Positions 18,164 through 28,034 of a DNA stretch of 64,000 bases are shown piece after piece (position 1 is the first letter of the stretch; the number at the start of each line of letters is the position of its first letter). The position numbers were made by a program, and so were the translations under genes. The DNA lies in the IMG/VR virus record IMGVR_UViG_3300023202_000247, positions 62,001-126,000 of that record, one strand, 5' to 3'. The notes under the pieces were generated by a model. That model was not told the origin of the DNA and ran no database searches. It saw only the letters and a list, made by a program, of their open reading frames with translations.

Positions 18164-19327
18164 TTGATGACAAAAATTAGTGATATAAAATGGGGAAAGT
18201 ATAAAAATTATGAAGGCCCTGTTTATTACGGCAGTGTAAAATATAAATTGCCATCAAACCCATCTAGCGATGACAAGCTGTTAGCCGTTACTACCGCGAC
18301 TGAGGGTGGAACACTTGATGCAGTTCAGAGCTATGACTCTGGAATAATCAGTGTGGGTTTGATTCAACTAATTGAGGCAAGTTACTTTCTTGCCTCAAAG
18401 TTGATTGGATATACTATCTCAAATGAGCCCGGTTTGATAAAGCCTTTGCAACCAGCGCTTGATGCTTCAGATACCATTTTTAAAAACAATGGAAGACGTT
18501 GGAGATTTTTTGTTCGCGGTGATGAAGTTGACGAACTTCCAGAACAACGGCGACTTTTTTTATTAAACTCTAATGGCTATATAGGCTCTTGGGATGATGA
18601 GTCAAAAAAGCATTCAAAGTTGTGGATAGCTTCGATGTCTGATTTTTTAGCCCAAGATCAAGCTGTAAAATTACAAACAACATATGTTGCATCTCGTTTA
18701 AGGTCATTTGTGATGCCCAAAGTTAAGCCTTTTCTTTGGGATGGTAAACCTGATGACACTTGGGTTGGTGCAACTAGGGCGGCCTATGTTAGTTTTTCAG
18801 CTAATAATCCGCTAAGAGCAAGCCAAAGTTTAGATAAAGCTATAGCCGATTCCTCAGCTTACTCCAAGTGGAGCAAAGATTGGTGTATCAATATTATCAA
18901 ATGGTTGACGTTTGGTTCGGGAATTACAATCTATCCACATAGATATAATAAAATTAGACCTGTTATAGAGCGTATCTATAATGTGGATCTTCCAGATTTT
19001 GCTGAAGAGTTGAAGTCTCTCGACCTTGGTGGTCAAGGTATGTGGGACCCTCGAGAAATTCAACAGGCTCTTTCAGACTTGGGATACGATATCGGACCAA
19101 GCGGTGTTGATGGTAAATGGGGACCAAAATCAACAGAAGCTATGCTGGACTTTCAAAGAAAGCATGGTATCGTCAGCGAAACTTTAGGCTATCCAGATAA
19201 GAAAACTCGAGCCGTTCTAATCATCATGAGAGATGAACAGCTTAGAGAACCAACGATTGATCAGCTTGCATCTTATGCGCAAGGGCTCGGTATAGATTTG
19301 GCGAGAGATGAAATGTGGAATGAATAA
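18164..19327 (+). CDS. putative endolysin with C-terminal peptidoglycan-binding domain
   Basis: TEGG..YD..SVGLIQ lysozyme-like N-terminus; IQQALSDLGY..VDGKWGPKSTEAMLDFQ (PG_binding_1). Confidence 0.8.
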   Translation: MMTKISDIKWGKYKNYEGPVYYGSVKYKLPSNPSSDDKLLAVTTATEGGTLDAVQSYDSGIISVGLIQLIEASYFLASKLIGYTISNEPGLIKPLQPALDASDTIFKNNGRRWRFFVRGDEVDELPEQRRLFLLNSNGYIGSWDDESKKHSKLWIASMSDFLAQDQAVKLQTTYVASRLRSFVMPKVKPFLWDGKPDDTWVGATRAAYVSFSANNPLRASQSLDKAIADSSAYSKWSKDWCINIIKWLTFGSGITIYPHRYNKIRPVIERIYNVDLPDFAEELKSLDLGGQGMWDPREIQQALSDLGYDIGPSGVDGKWGPKSTEAMLDFQRKHGIVSETLGYPDKKTRAVLIIMRDEQLREPTIDQLASYAQGLGIDLARDEMWNE

Positions 19328-19580
19328 ACGATATGTAACAATTCAAGCTGTCTTAATTCAGGAAACAGATAAGGGCAGACAAGTTCAACCCGTTGATTTT
19401 TATGAGTCAACATGGGTTCCGAAATCTCATTCGGTTTTTATTGCTGACGATAAAGATCCTGATGTTGGCATGCTCTATGTTCCCGAATGGTTGGCTATAG
19501 ATCGCGGTTGGGTAGAGATTCCGGATCCTGATCCCTTCAATGGTTACCTTGATGCGTTCTTTGAAGAGGGTCCATTCTAA
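19320..19580 (+). CDS. hypothetical protein
   Basis: ETDKG..WVPKS..VPEWLA, a common small phage protein pattern. Confidence 0.65.
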   Translation: MNKRYVTIQAVLIQETDKGRQVQPVDFYESTWVPKSHSVFIADDKDPDVGMLYVPEWLAIDRGWVEIPDPDPFNGYLDAFFEEGPF

Positions 19581-19631
19581 CCAATTTGTTACTAAAATGT
19601 GAAACCGGCCAGCCGTTCTATGCGATAAGAC

Positions 19632-19779
19632 TTGACAAAAAAGTCCTTGATGTCATACTGAAGGCAGGGAAGCACGTTGATCAACGTTTCCTTGAAAGGC
19701 TCGGTGATAAATCACCGAGCCTTTCTTTTATCATGATCACAAGAAACATCCTTGACAAACCTCCAATGATGGTTAGATT
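19632..19779 (+). promoter_or_regulatory. tandem promoters with an intervening hairpin and terminator
   Basis: TTGACA 19632 N16 CATACT; terminator gaaaggctcggtga-taaa-tcaccgagcctttctttt; TTGACA 19752 N16 TAGATT. Confidence 0.65.
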
Positions 19780-19809
19780 GAATAACATATTTGGTTATGG
19801 AGGACCATC

Positions 19810-20031
19810 ATGCGTTATACTGTTTCTTTTTGTGACAATCCAACTCATGCCGTGATTGGTTACATCTCTGATGAGAAGAGAGCCGGTATTCTAGCAATGA
19901 CGAACAATGAATTCCATGCCCATCTGCTGAAGAAACAGTTTTCTAGACGAGGTTTTGCGCTGGTTGTTGAGACTGAAAGTGGATGTTTCAAACGTCTTGT
20001 GGATAATCTGCCATATAAACATGGCAAATGA
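19810..20031 (+). CDS. hypothetical protein
   Basis: RBS ggagga. Confidence 0.65.
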   Translation: MRYTVSFCDNPTHAVIGYISDEKRAGILAMTNNEFHAHLLKKQFSRRGFALVVETESGCFKRLVDNLPYKHGK

Positions 20032-20326
20032 ACTAGATGAATACGATCAGGTAGCTCCAACTCAGCCGGCTCCTACGAGACAAGATGTGAGACCACAAGA
20101 AAGTCTCACAGGATTGCCGGATGTTGACTATATCATTCAGCTGTTGAATACCGCAAGTGCATTGCTTGGCGATGGTAAGACTGATGAAGCAATGCAAGTT
20201 ATGGAAGAGGCTAAGAAAAGAGTTTATGATTATGGTCTCGAGTTGCATAGAGACATAATTCATCTTTTTGCCTCCAACTATGAGAAATTTTGTAAAATTG
20301 CCGCTTCCCCCGGCCGCCCGTTCTGA
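20021..20326 (+). CDS. hypothetical protein
   Basis: MANELDEYDQ start inside ORF 19955..20326. Confidence 0.6.
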   Translation: MANELDEYDQVAPTQPAPTRQDVRPQESLTGLPDVDYIIQLLNTASALLGDGKTDEAMQVMEEAKKRVYDYGLELHRDIIHLFASNYEKFCKIAASPGRPF

Positions 20327-20401
20327 ATATTTCTGTTGACAATTGGTTAAGCTATGTCACAATGAGCGGACATCAAGATCCCACTCACGGGGGTAAGTAA
20401 A

Positions 20402-21181
20402 ATGTCAGCACAAAAACTACATCTCAATCAAATTCTGGCAATCGAAAAAGGCCAGCGCACCAAGAACAAGCAAGACATTACCAAGGTTTATCAGCGTCTC
20501 GAAAAGAATGCGCTGCTGAATGGTATCATCGAGGACTATCGGCCAAAGGCTGAAGATGAAGAAGCCATTCACAAAGAGAATCCGATACAGCTGACCGTGT
20601 GGCAAGCTTTGTCTGATGCCAAGGCTGACTGGGTTGATTCATTTGATATCGTGGCTGCCAGAGATTGGACGAATACTCAGGCAAAAGCCGATGTCATTCT
20701 AGATGCGGATTCTACAAATCCGGTAACTCTTCTAAAAAATGTTCCGGTGAGTTTTCTTCTTTACTTCGAGAAGCAGCTCGACGATGTTTACACACTTGTC
20801 AAGAATCTTCCTACCCTTCCAACGGATGAGAAGTGGGAGTGGAGTAATGAAAGTAATTGCTTCATTTCTGACAAGAGTATAACTGAACGTAAGACTACGC
20901 TCAAGGAACCGCTTGTCAAGTTTGAGGGTAACGACAAGCATCCTCCGCAGGTAGATGTAATTGATGTCCAGAAGGTCATCGGCTATACTACCAAGCGTAA
21001 GCTCAGTGGAGCAATCCCTGCCTCCGAGCGTGAGGAATTGAAACGCCGTGTGCAAAAGCTTCAAGCCGCTGTCAAGCGGGCACGTGAGGCGGCGAACATG
21101 GCAGAGGTAGACCGCCAGAAGGTTGGCGATGCTGTCTTTGGCTATTTGTTCGAAGGCATGGAAAACTACCACGGCAAGTAA
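20402..21181 (+). CDS. conserved helical protein of unknown function, upstream of tRNA-like ncRNAs
   Basis: LNQILAIEKG, VPVSFLLYFEKQL, LPTL, DKHPPQV, KLSGAIP, AVKRAREAAN; upstream TTGACA 20336 N16 CACAAT. Confidence 0.8.
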   Translation: MSAQKLHLNQILAIEKGQRTKNKQDITKVYQRLEKNALLNGIIEDYRPKAEDEEAIHKENPIQLTVWQALSDAKADWVDSFDIVAARDWTNTQAKADVILDADSTNPVTLLKNVPVSFLLYFEKQLDDVYTLVKNLPTLPTDEKWEWSNESNCFISDKSITERKTTLKEPLVKFEGNDKHPPQVDVIDVQKVIGYTTKRKLSGAIPASEREELKRRVQKLQAAVKRAREAANMAEVDRQKVGDAVFGYLFEGMENYHGK

Positions 21182-21208
21182 AACTTTCATGGGTTTCTAG
21201 CCCATGGA

Positions 21209-21357
21209 CGAGCACAAGCTCATTAATCAAAAACAAAAACAGAGTTCTTCAGTCGAAGTGTAGGTTCGAACCCTACCCTGCCCACATGGGGGCAGGTAGC
21301 CCAACTGGCAGAGGCATCTGGAGAAAGTAAACTCAATCTTCGTCAAAGTATTGCTCG
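21209..21357 (+). ncRNA. Y RNA(YrlA)-like ncRNA 1 with permuted tRNA-like domain
   Basis: T-arm gtagg-ttcgaac-cctac 21260-21276; acceptor stem cctgccc 21277-21283 / gggcagg 21290-21296 closed by a loop; D-arm 21299-21315; closing stems ttcttcag/ctggagaa and cgagca/tgctcg. Confidence 0.75.
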
Positions 21358-21375
21358 AAGATAACTGATGCTGGA

Positions 21376-21549
21376 GGAATGTGTAATCAAACCGTGTAGA
21401 ACGATATTGTCGAAATGTCCATTCGACTTGGACCCTTCACACCGACATACTTGTTATGTCTTTAGTTCTCTTTTTACGTGAAGGTAGTGTAACGGAAACA
21501 CGCGACACTTGAAACTGATTCTACATGTTAAACGCTCCGTACACATTCT
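21376..21549 (+). ncRNA. Y RNA(YrlA)-like ncRNA 2 with permuted tRNA-like domain
   Basis: T-arm gtcca-ttcgact-tggac 21417-21433; acceptor ccttcac 21434-21440 / gtgaagg 21478-21484; D-arm gtgt-aacggaa-acac; stems tgtcg/cgaca, tgtagaa/ttctaca, gaatgtgta/tacacattc. Confidence 0.75.
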
Positions 21550-21589
21550 AAAGACCCCTGTCGGCACAGTGTCTGGCGGGACTAGTACT

Positions 21590-21629
21590 AGGCCCGGGAT
21601 GCGGTGAAATTCCCGGGCCTTCTTTTTTT
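21590..21629 (+). terminator. Rho-independent terminator
   Basis: aggcccggga..tcccgggcct followed by T-run. Confidence 0.85.
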
Positions 21630-21650
21630 CACATACACACGTGTACATAC

Positions 21651-22271
21651 ATGGATAAAAAACTAAATACATTACAAGTAGTCTTGCATGATTACTTGCG
21701 CCATCCTCACAGAGACATTCGTGATATTCTAAAAGAACGATGTCATGATGATGAAGAACTGAAATATATTAGTGAGCAAATATATTTTGCAGCTAACAGA
21801 GCATTCAATTTATATGGATCTTTCAATGATTGGATATCGTCACTCGAATGTGATTCCACTCAAATAGTTTCAGCTTTGAGAGAAGTTATAGATGTCCGTA
21901 GATTGAGTCTCATACTAGATAAGACATGTAATAGTAAAAAATGCTATAAAGAGGCGGAACGATTTATAGTTGAAGCTCATTATGGTTGGCCTGAGCGTTG
22001 GAGCTTGCGCTCACAATATCTAGCTGAGATAGTTCTTGGTAGAAAAAGTAATGGTGCAAATGGTTTATCGATTGACTGGAGTTTCAACGATAAAGAAGAA
22101 GCTAAAAGAGCTGTAGACAAATTGATCGCAGTGGGTTTTTATGCAACTTGTGGTGATTATGGTTTATCGCCACCAAAGGCTGCTTCGGATGCAGCGAATG
22201 AAGCTATGTCCGTTGCTTATAAAAATATGATAAATGGTGATTTAGATCACCTGTTCCCAAAATCAAATTAA
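21651..22271 (+). CDS. hypothetical protein
   Basis: ORF track. Confidence 0.65.
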   Translation: MDKKLNTLQVVLHDYLRHPHRDIRDILKERCHDDEELKYISEQIYFAANRAFNLYGSFNDWISSLECDSTQIVSALREVIDVRRLSLILDKTCNSKKCYKEAERFIVEAHYGWPERWSLRSQYLAEIVLGRKSNGANGLSIDWSFNDKEEAKRAVDKLIAVGFYATCGDYGLSPPKAASDAANEAMSVAYKNMINGDLDHLFPKSN

Positions 22272-22517
22272 GAAAGGTATACGTTAAATGAGAAAGCCAA
22301 CGAAACCAAGTATGCCCAGACGACCGCAAAAACCCGTTGTAAATAAGCCAATATATATCCTCCAAAGAGAAGATTTTTCAAAGGATATGTTTTTTAAACA
22401 AAACAAATGTCACTTTAAAACAAATCAGAGAGGTTGTTGAAAAAGATGGCGGAAATGAAGATGAATATATAGTCTCAATTAAATTATGATAGTGATAGCA
22501 ATTAAAGGAATTAAGAT

Positions 22518-23099
22518 ATGTCAGAAATCAAAGTTGTACAAATAAAAGTTTTATCCGATCCAACTCTTCACTTAGAGTTTGATTTAACATCGGGTGTGCT
22601 CACTGAAATCCTTGTCAAATATAATCATAACTATGATTATAGAGAGGATATTGTTCTAGATAATATTGAACAATATATTTTGAGTAGGCAAGTTCGAGAA
22701 AATATAACTAATGGTTTGCAAAGTTTTCTAAAGTCTTTAAGAGAGATAAACTTTGGAAACCAACTTAGCGTAGGTGATAGCGTCACATTTTCTGAAGCAA
22801 TTCATCGAGAGCCATACAAAAGTTTCTTTGAGACATTGGGACGTGAGCATTCAACCCTGGCAAGAGTTGAAGCGATTGATGAGTATGGTGATATTTCCAT
22901 TTCTGTTATGGAACTTTTTTGGCACGGCGACAGATGGAATCACGTTAAACCAGACTTCGAAAACAATGAAAATTGTTATTTGCCTAGAAAAATGTTTCGT
23001 TTGGCTCAGAAGGTTTCTCTTTATGTAGATGGAGAGAATGTAGCAGAATTATCAGATTTAATAATTGAACACCAGACTGCTAGAAGAGATGAAATCTAA
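22518..23099 (+). CDS. hypothetical protein
   Basis: ORF track, RBS aagga. Confidence 0.65.
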   Translation: MSEIKVVQIKVLSDPTLHLEFDLTSGVLTEILVKYNHNYDYREDIVLDNIEQYILSRQVRENITNGLQSFLKSLREINFGNQLSVGDSVTFSEAIHREPYKSFFETLGREHSTLARVEAIDEYGDISISVMELFWHGDRWNHVKPDFENNENCYLPRKMFRLAQKVSLYVDGENVAELSDLIIEHQTARRDEI

Positions 23100-23508
23100 A
23101 ACAAATCCATTCTTAGGTGCTTTTACAAACTCCAATTTGATGGAGCATCTAACAAAACTAAAATCTAAAAAAGATGCCGATGTTGTTTCAGAGTCAAAAG
23201 AGCCTGGTGACTGCGCCGTTTTGCCAAGGCCAGAACAAGTGGCTAAGTTTACATTTGAAGTTCTTAGTTTAGATGATGTAAAGATAGTTGGAGAACCTGA
23301 TGATGTCTTAGCATTTGAAAAAGAAATGGCAGAGTGTGAAAATGAGTTTTTTGTAATGCATTTTGGTGCACAATATATCATGCCATATACTCAAGCAACG
23401 AGTGTATCTGGTCCTAATTATGTGGGCATATATGAACCAGACAAAGGTACATGTTTGATTATCAATGTTAAACTCGCCTGCTATATTCTGAAGTTAAAAT
23501 ATTTATAA
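23065..23508 (+). CDS. hypothetical protein
   Basis: ORF track (start probably ATG 23090). Confidence 0.6.
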   Translation: MNTRLLEEMKSKTNPFLGAFTNSNLMEHLTKLKSKKDADVVSESKEPGDCAVLPRPEQVAKFTFEVLSLDDVKIVGEPDDVLAFEKEMAECENEFFVMHFGAQYIMPYTQATSVSGPNYVGIYEPDKGTCLIINVKLACYILKLKYL

Positions 23509-23759
23509 TGAGTAAAACTCAGTATCATTCAATGAATGAATCAACGATTTCTCATTATGTCAAATATGATGGTGCTAACTATTGTGAAGGTCCTTGTTCG
23601 CGGCACATGTTATACGAAACATTTTCCTCTCTAAAAGAGCTCTCTCTTTTAGAGAATAATAAGTGGAAAAAATATTTGAAAGAAAATAATAAGATTACTA
23701 TAATGGATAGGCATACTGACAAATGGAAGATACATTACGCAAGCGCTCAGGCGAAGTAA
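23508..23759 (+). CDS. hypothetical protein
   Basis: TAATG coupling. Confidence 0.5.
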   Translation: MSKTQYHSMNESTISHYVKYDGANYCEGPCSRHMLYETFSSLKELSLLENNKWKKYLKENNKITIMDRHTDKWKIHYASAQAK

Positions 23760-23953
23760 ACTATCACGATCCGCTCACTAGCTTCATGTATGACTTGCTA
23801 AAAAATTGCGGAGCTGGTACAATGGAAAGACTCGTGCAGGCCGCCGAGGAGGCGCAGGACAAGGATGAATTCGTTTTTACGAATGGATGGCTTGCGCATT
23901 ATGCCAATGACTTAGCAATTAGATTACGAAAAGCATTGAAAGAAGATGTATAG
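23723..23953 (+). CDS. hypothetical protein
   Basis: ORF track. Confidence 0.6.
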   Translation: MEDTLRKRSGEVNYHDPLTSFMYDLLKNCGAGTMERLVQAAEEAQDKDEFVFTNGWLAHYANDLAIRLRKALKEDV

Positions 23954-24377
23954 AGAATCGGCAGCTCCTGAAACATGTAAGCATGGTTATAGAGATGATG
24001 CTGTCTGTCCCTTGTGTATCAAAGAAGCACAAGATATTGTGGAACAAATTGTTGCATCAACTCAACGTTCTTACAAGAAAAGCATTATAGATGTAAAATT
24101 TCAAAATAAAGTTAGAGGAGCTTTTAAAACTCTTATCAAATATACAGAGCTTGACAACGGTTCCAAGATAAAATCTTTGAGAGATGAGGAGCGCGAAGAA
24201 ATTGCTAAAGCTGTAAACTCATTGAGAGAGAGTATGGTTGAGCAAGAGGCAAGAAGAGTTCGCGACTCAATCCTCGAATACAAATCCGAGGACCATGGTT
24301 TAATCAAACAACAAAAAGTACTTGTCACATTTTGCAGTTTATTATTTATAATAGTGGTTGTATTATGTATTCTGTAA
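23946..24377 (+). CDS. hypothetical protein with C-terminal TM helix
   Basis: hydrophobic C-terminus. Confidence 0.6.
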   Translation: MYRESAAPETCKHGYRDDAVCPLCIKEAQDIVEQIVASTQRSYKKSIIDVKFQNKVRGAFKTLIKYTELDNGSKIKSLRDEEREEIAKAVNSLRESMVEQEARRVRDSILEYKSEDHGLIKQQKVLVTFCSLLFIIVVVLCIL

Positions 24378-24416
24378 AAAAGGCAGATGCAGAGTCTTTG
24401 CGTGGAAAAATGCTAA

Positions 24417-24995
24417 ATGAAGCATAAAAAAGATAATTCATTTTTACCGATAACATCTGTCAATCTCATTCCGGATGTTTCCAAAAATTCTAATAGGGAT
24501 TTTGATACTGATGATTTAGATCACGCAGATTCTGAGATAGACGATGACTTTCTCAATAATCTTTTAGAACAGCTTAAACATAACGGAATACTTAAAGTTG
24601 TTGATCTTAGAGAAGAAAGTTTAAACTTTAGATTGTTGGGGGAGTTTGAGAGCATGGTGAATACATATTATGCTCCAGTTTTAGATAATAGTGATAATAA
24701 AATTAAAATGGTTGTAGCAGGTTCGAAAGAAGTATATCACATAGAAAAAGTTATACAGAAAGAAATGCTTAAAATAAATAATATTTTAAGTAATTTTTAT
24801 TATGATCATTTTACAAACTATGATTTAAATTTTCGTTTGAATGATATACCACATATAAGCAAACGATCACATGGTTTAATAAACTTTAAATTTCCAAAAG
24901 AATATTTGCGGGCTTCGCTCTTTTACGACGAGCACGGCGACGTTGCTCGGCTTACTCTTGAGTTTTTAATTATCAATGATGAAAAAAATATATAA
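24417..24995 (+). CDS. hypothetical protein
   Basis: ORF track. Confidence 0.6.
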   Translation: MKHKKDNSFLPITSVNLIPDVSKNSNRDFDTDDLDHADSEIDDDFLNNLLEQLKHNGILKVVDLREESLNFRLLGEFESMVNTYYAPVLDNSDNKIKMVVAGSKEVYHIEKVIQKEMLKINNILSNFYYDHFTNYDLNFRLNDIPHISKRSHGLINFKFPKEYLRASLFYDEHGDVARLTLEFLIINDEKNI

Positions 24996-25245
24996 CCAAA
25001 TCAGAAAAACGAATTAGACAAGACGAAGATATTCTCAATAATTAAAACTGTAATATAGACGATCTTATCCATGATGTAGTTTCAATTGAGTTAGTAAATC
25101 ATGATGTTGATCACAATCGCAAGCAAGAACTTATCGATGGTGAAATTATAAGAGATTGATTGGAGGCGCTTGGGAGTGACAACGCCGTGCTCAGCGATGT
25201 GAAAAGAACTTGACGCTGTGCCAGGGCATGATATATAATAGTTAC

Positions 25246-25318
25246 GGGCCATTAGCTCAGCGGTTAGAGCATTCGCCTCATAAGCGACTGGTCGTAGGTT
25301 CGAATCCTACATGGCCCA
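25246..25318 (+). tRNA. tRNA-CAT, probably tRNA-Ile2 (lysidine); no encoded CCA
   Basis: cloverleaf GGGCCAT/ATGGCCC, anticodon loop CTCATAA, GGTTCGAATCC; C4:G69 and C5:G68 (TilS determinants); upstream TTGACG/TATAAT. Confidence 0.9.
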
Positions 25319-25356
25319 CAAAGATTCCAAAAATAGGAAAGTAAGGAAAGGTAAAA

Positions 25357-25674
25357 ATGTCGTCAAATAAGTTTTGGGTTGTCTTTAAAGAAGATATTTA
25401 TCACAATATGGTAGAATCTGGAGACACTGTTATCGATTATAAAGTAATAAACGATGGACCTTATTCAACTGCTGATCAAGCAATAGATAGGGACGTTAAT
25501 AGAGCGCCTGGCAAATACATTATTGTAAGATGTTCCATTCCAGATAATAATTTTTATAAATTTGTTCAAGCTGCTTTGTCATCAACTGTTGGAGATAGTT
25601 GGGACAACTTATTCGTTCATTTTCATGAGACTGTGAAATTGGATACGTCTATTGAAGGTGAAGAAGCGGCTTGA
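25357..25674 (+). CDS. hypothetical protein
   Basis: ORF track. Confidence 0.6.
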   Translation: MSSNKFWVVFKEDIYHNMVESGDTVIDYKVINDGPYSTADQAIDRDVNRAPGKYIIVRCSIPDNNFYKFVQAALSSTVGDSWDNLFVHFHETVKLDTSIEGEEAA

Positions 25675-25931
25675 TGCCAAAAAACTTTGAAAATCTTCGT
25701 GAGCAAATATCTGTAGAGCGTCAAGAAACGAAGAGGCAGCAGATTTTCTAATCATCTTTGATGAAGATGCTGGTCATCTCGTTGAAGAATCCGTAGTTGG
25801 TTTGCTCAAATCAGCGAGTCTCCATTTTGAATGGGCCATTGTTGATTGTAATGATATCATTGTTAAAGATGGCAATGAGGATTTGATGAATGATATCGAT
25901 AGTCACTTTGGAGTGGAGCAAGTGATAAAAC

Positions 25932-26459
25932 TTGTACAAGGAGGAACTGATGAAGGTAACGATTGATCGCAGTTCTTGGTCGAATGGTGATACATTTCCA
26001 ATGGTACGAAAGTGTGTAAATGGGCTGAGAACCCAACAGAACACTCAGTGTTGTTTGGGGTTCGTATGTGAACAAGCTATGGGGGAACGTATTCCAACTC
26101 CGTATTCTTCTAACAGAATCATTTCCTATCCGAATGAGTTGATGAAGCATCCTCACTTTAAAACTTTGGGGAATAAAATTCCTCAGGTTTTATTTGATGA
26201 GCTATCTGCGGAAGACAAAAATTGGCTTAATGAGTTTATCAAGCAAACATTTAAGGAATCGGTATCGGATGATTCTCTGAATAGTTTTTTGGAAAATCTT
26301 CAGTATCGATACCGATGGGAGGATGTTGTTGCCTATGTAAATGATTATTGTTACGGCGTTGACTGGCCCGAAGGATTGCGAGAGAAACTTTTGTCAGGAA
26401 TCTTTGAGAGAATTGGAATCCAAATCGAGTTTGTAGGTACAAGACCTACCGAAGATTAG
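25932..26459 (+). CDS. hypothetical protein
   Basis: TIDRSSW..QCCLGF..NDY..REKLL..F..IGIQIEFVG; RBS ggagg before ATG 25950. Confidence 0.65.
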   Translation: MYKEELMKVTIDRSSWSNGDTFPMVRKCVNGLRTQQNTQCCLGFVCEQAMGERIPTPYSSNRIISYPNELMKHPHFKTLGNKIPQVLFDELSAEDKNWLNEFIKQTFKESVSDDSLNSFLENLQYRYRWEDVVAYVNDYCYGVDWPEGLREKLLSGIFERIGIQIEFVGTRPTED

Positions 26460-26469
26460 GAACAAGATT

Positions 26470-26652
26470 ATGACTTATGAAGATATCTTTAAAGAATTCA
26501 CTGATAAGACCAAGGATATTCTTTGGAAAAATTATATTGAGTACAAAGATAAAAAGATTAATCAGATTTGCGCTAATTACCATCTAAAAAACCTTTGTCA
26601 ACTCGCCAAGGATCTTGATGGTTCCAAATCAAACTGTGTGTCCTACATGTAA
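26470..26652 (+). CDS. hypothetical protein
   Basis: ORF track. Confidence 0.45.
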   Translation: MTYEDIFKEFTDKTKDILWKNYIEYKDKKINQICANYHLKNLCQLAKDLDGSKSNCVSYM

Positions 26653-26706
26653 TAATCAGTTTGATGCGATGCAAAACGAATGTAGTTTCTGTGAATACAA
26701 GATTAT

Positions 26707-27420
26707 ATGGAAATGATTAAGTATCCCAAGACTCCAAGGTTGACAAAATCATTAGGAGTTTATGATGATAACTATGAGGTTGTTGTCGAAGAAAAGATTG
26801 ACGGCGCTAACTGCGCCGTTTCTTTTATTGGTGATAAACTCACACTTCAAAGTCGCGGTCACATTTTAACCGGCGGCAAGCGAGAGTTTTTATTTAAGCG
26901 TCTTTGGCCATGGGCTTACGAACGTCTCAATATGCTACGATACATACTGGGTGAACGATATGTTTTATTCGGTGAATGGATGTATGCTAAGAACAAAATG
27001 TATTATGATAATCTTCCGGATTACTTTATAGCATTTGATATCTGGGATAAACACAACAATTTCTTTTTGAATAGTGATATTTGGCGAGAGATGGTTGCAG
27101 GTTTCGATGTTGAAACTGTGCATCTCATAGCACGTGGAAGTGCAAACAAGATGAATAATTTTGCCCAATACATCACAAAAACAATATATAAATCAGGTAC
27201 TTGGAAAGATGAATATGAACAAAAGCTTCTTTATCTTCATGAATTTTATGATGAGTCTGAGACAGATATGTCCGACTTGATGGAAGGCATTTACATCAAG
27301 ATTGAGGATGATGAAAAAGTTGTCGACCGTTATAAGTTGATAAGAGATGATTTTGAAAAGATTCAAACCGATGATGCCAAGTGGGGTCAACGTCCCATAT
27401 TTGAGAATGGTATTAGATGA
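26707..27420 (+). CDS. ATP-dependent RNA ligase family protein
   Basis: KYPKTPRL, EEKIDGAN, QSRGH, FGEW, FIAFDI, MEGIYIK. Confidence 0.88.
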   Translation: MEMIKYPKTPRLTKSLGVYDDNYEVVVEEKIDGANCAVSFIGDKLTLQSRGHILTGGKREFLFKRLWPWAYERLNMLRYILGERYVLFGEWMYAKNKMYYDNLPDYFIAFDIWDKHNNFFLNSDIWREMVAGFDVETVHLIARGSANKMNNFAQYITKTIYKSGTWKDEYEQKLLYLHEFYDESETDMSDLMEGIYIKIEDDEKVVDRYKLIRDDFEKIQTDDAKWGQRPIFENGIR

Positions 27421-28034
27421 ATACATTTAAATATGAACCAATAGAAAATATTGGAGATCATGTTCGCATTCGCAATCGTCTTCAAATGTTGAAGAATTAT
27501 TGGAGGATGAACTGTATCATACGTGTAGAATACATTGCTCGGATTGATGAATTATTGCGGTCCGCTGGTGTTTATGGACCAGTATTTTCACATCTATCTG
27601 ATAAATGTGGGTGTGCTCTTGTCAAGTTAAACACTGAGCTTGATGAACAGTTTGTTGTTGAAACGTTTGATGAAGTGATTGCGATTTTGGATGGTCTGGA
27701 AAAAGATGGTCAGGTAACGCGACCAGCATTTAGAGTTCATTCTGAACGAGATATAAAAAGTTTTAAAGTGGATAACAAATTAGTTGGACAACATGTGTTT
27801 CATTGTATTCGACATACAAGTGAAAATGCTACAACGATTGCCATAGCGCATTCGGAAGATACTGCTCGTGAAGCAATAGAGGCTGATGCCCGCAAGCTCT
27901 CCTCATCTTTTGAGAGTTTTGACGTATTTCGTCTCGAAGGATCTAAGTTGACGCAGCTTACTTTGCATCCCGTATGTGATAACCATCAGATGGTAAATCT
28001 GTTCTACACTATAAGAGAAGTTGTAGTTATATGA
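27417..28034 (+). CDS. hypothetical protein
   Basis: ATGA-coupled. Confidence 0.65.
   Translation: MNTFKYEPIENIGDHVRIRNRLQMLKNYWRMNCIIRVEYIARIDELLRSAGVYGPVFSHLSDKCGCALVKLNTELDEQFVVETFDEVIAILDGLEKDGQVTRPAFRVHSERDIKSFKVDNKLVGQHVFHCIRHTSENATTIAIAHSEDTAREAIEADARKLSSSFESFDVFRLEGSKLTQLTLHPVCDNHQMVNLFYTIREVVVI

Noticed and set aside
19586-19855. 89-aa ORF
   Set aside because: Runs across two promoters and a terminator; TTG start without RBS.
21260-21325. Ordinary tRNA-Leu gene or pseudo-tRNA
   Set aside because: Arms are in permuted order and there is no anticodon loop; reported as a Y RNA-like module instead.
23142-23151. Self-target of putative guide tagatgctcc (10069-10078) on the minus strand
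   Set aside because: A 10-nt match is expected by chance given 128 kb of two-strand sequence and several candidate guides.
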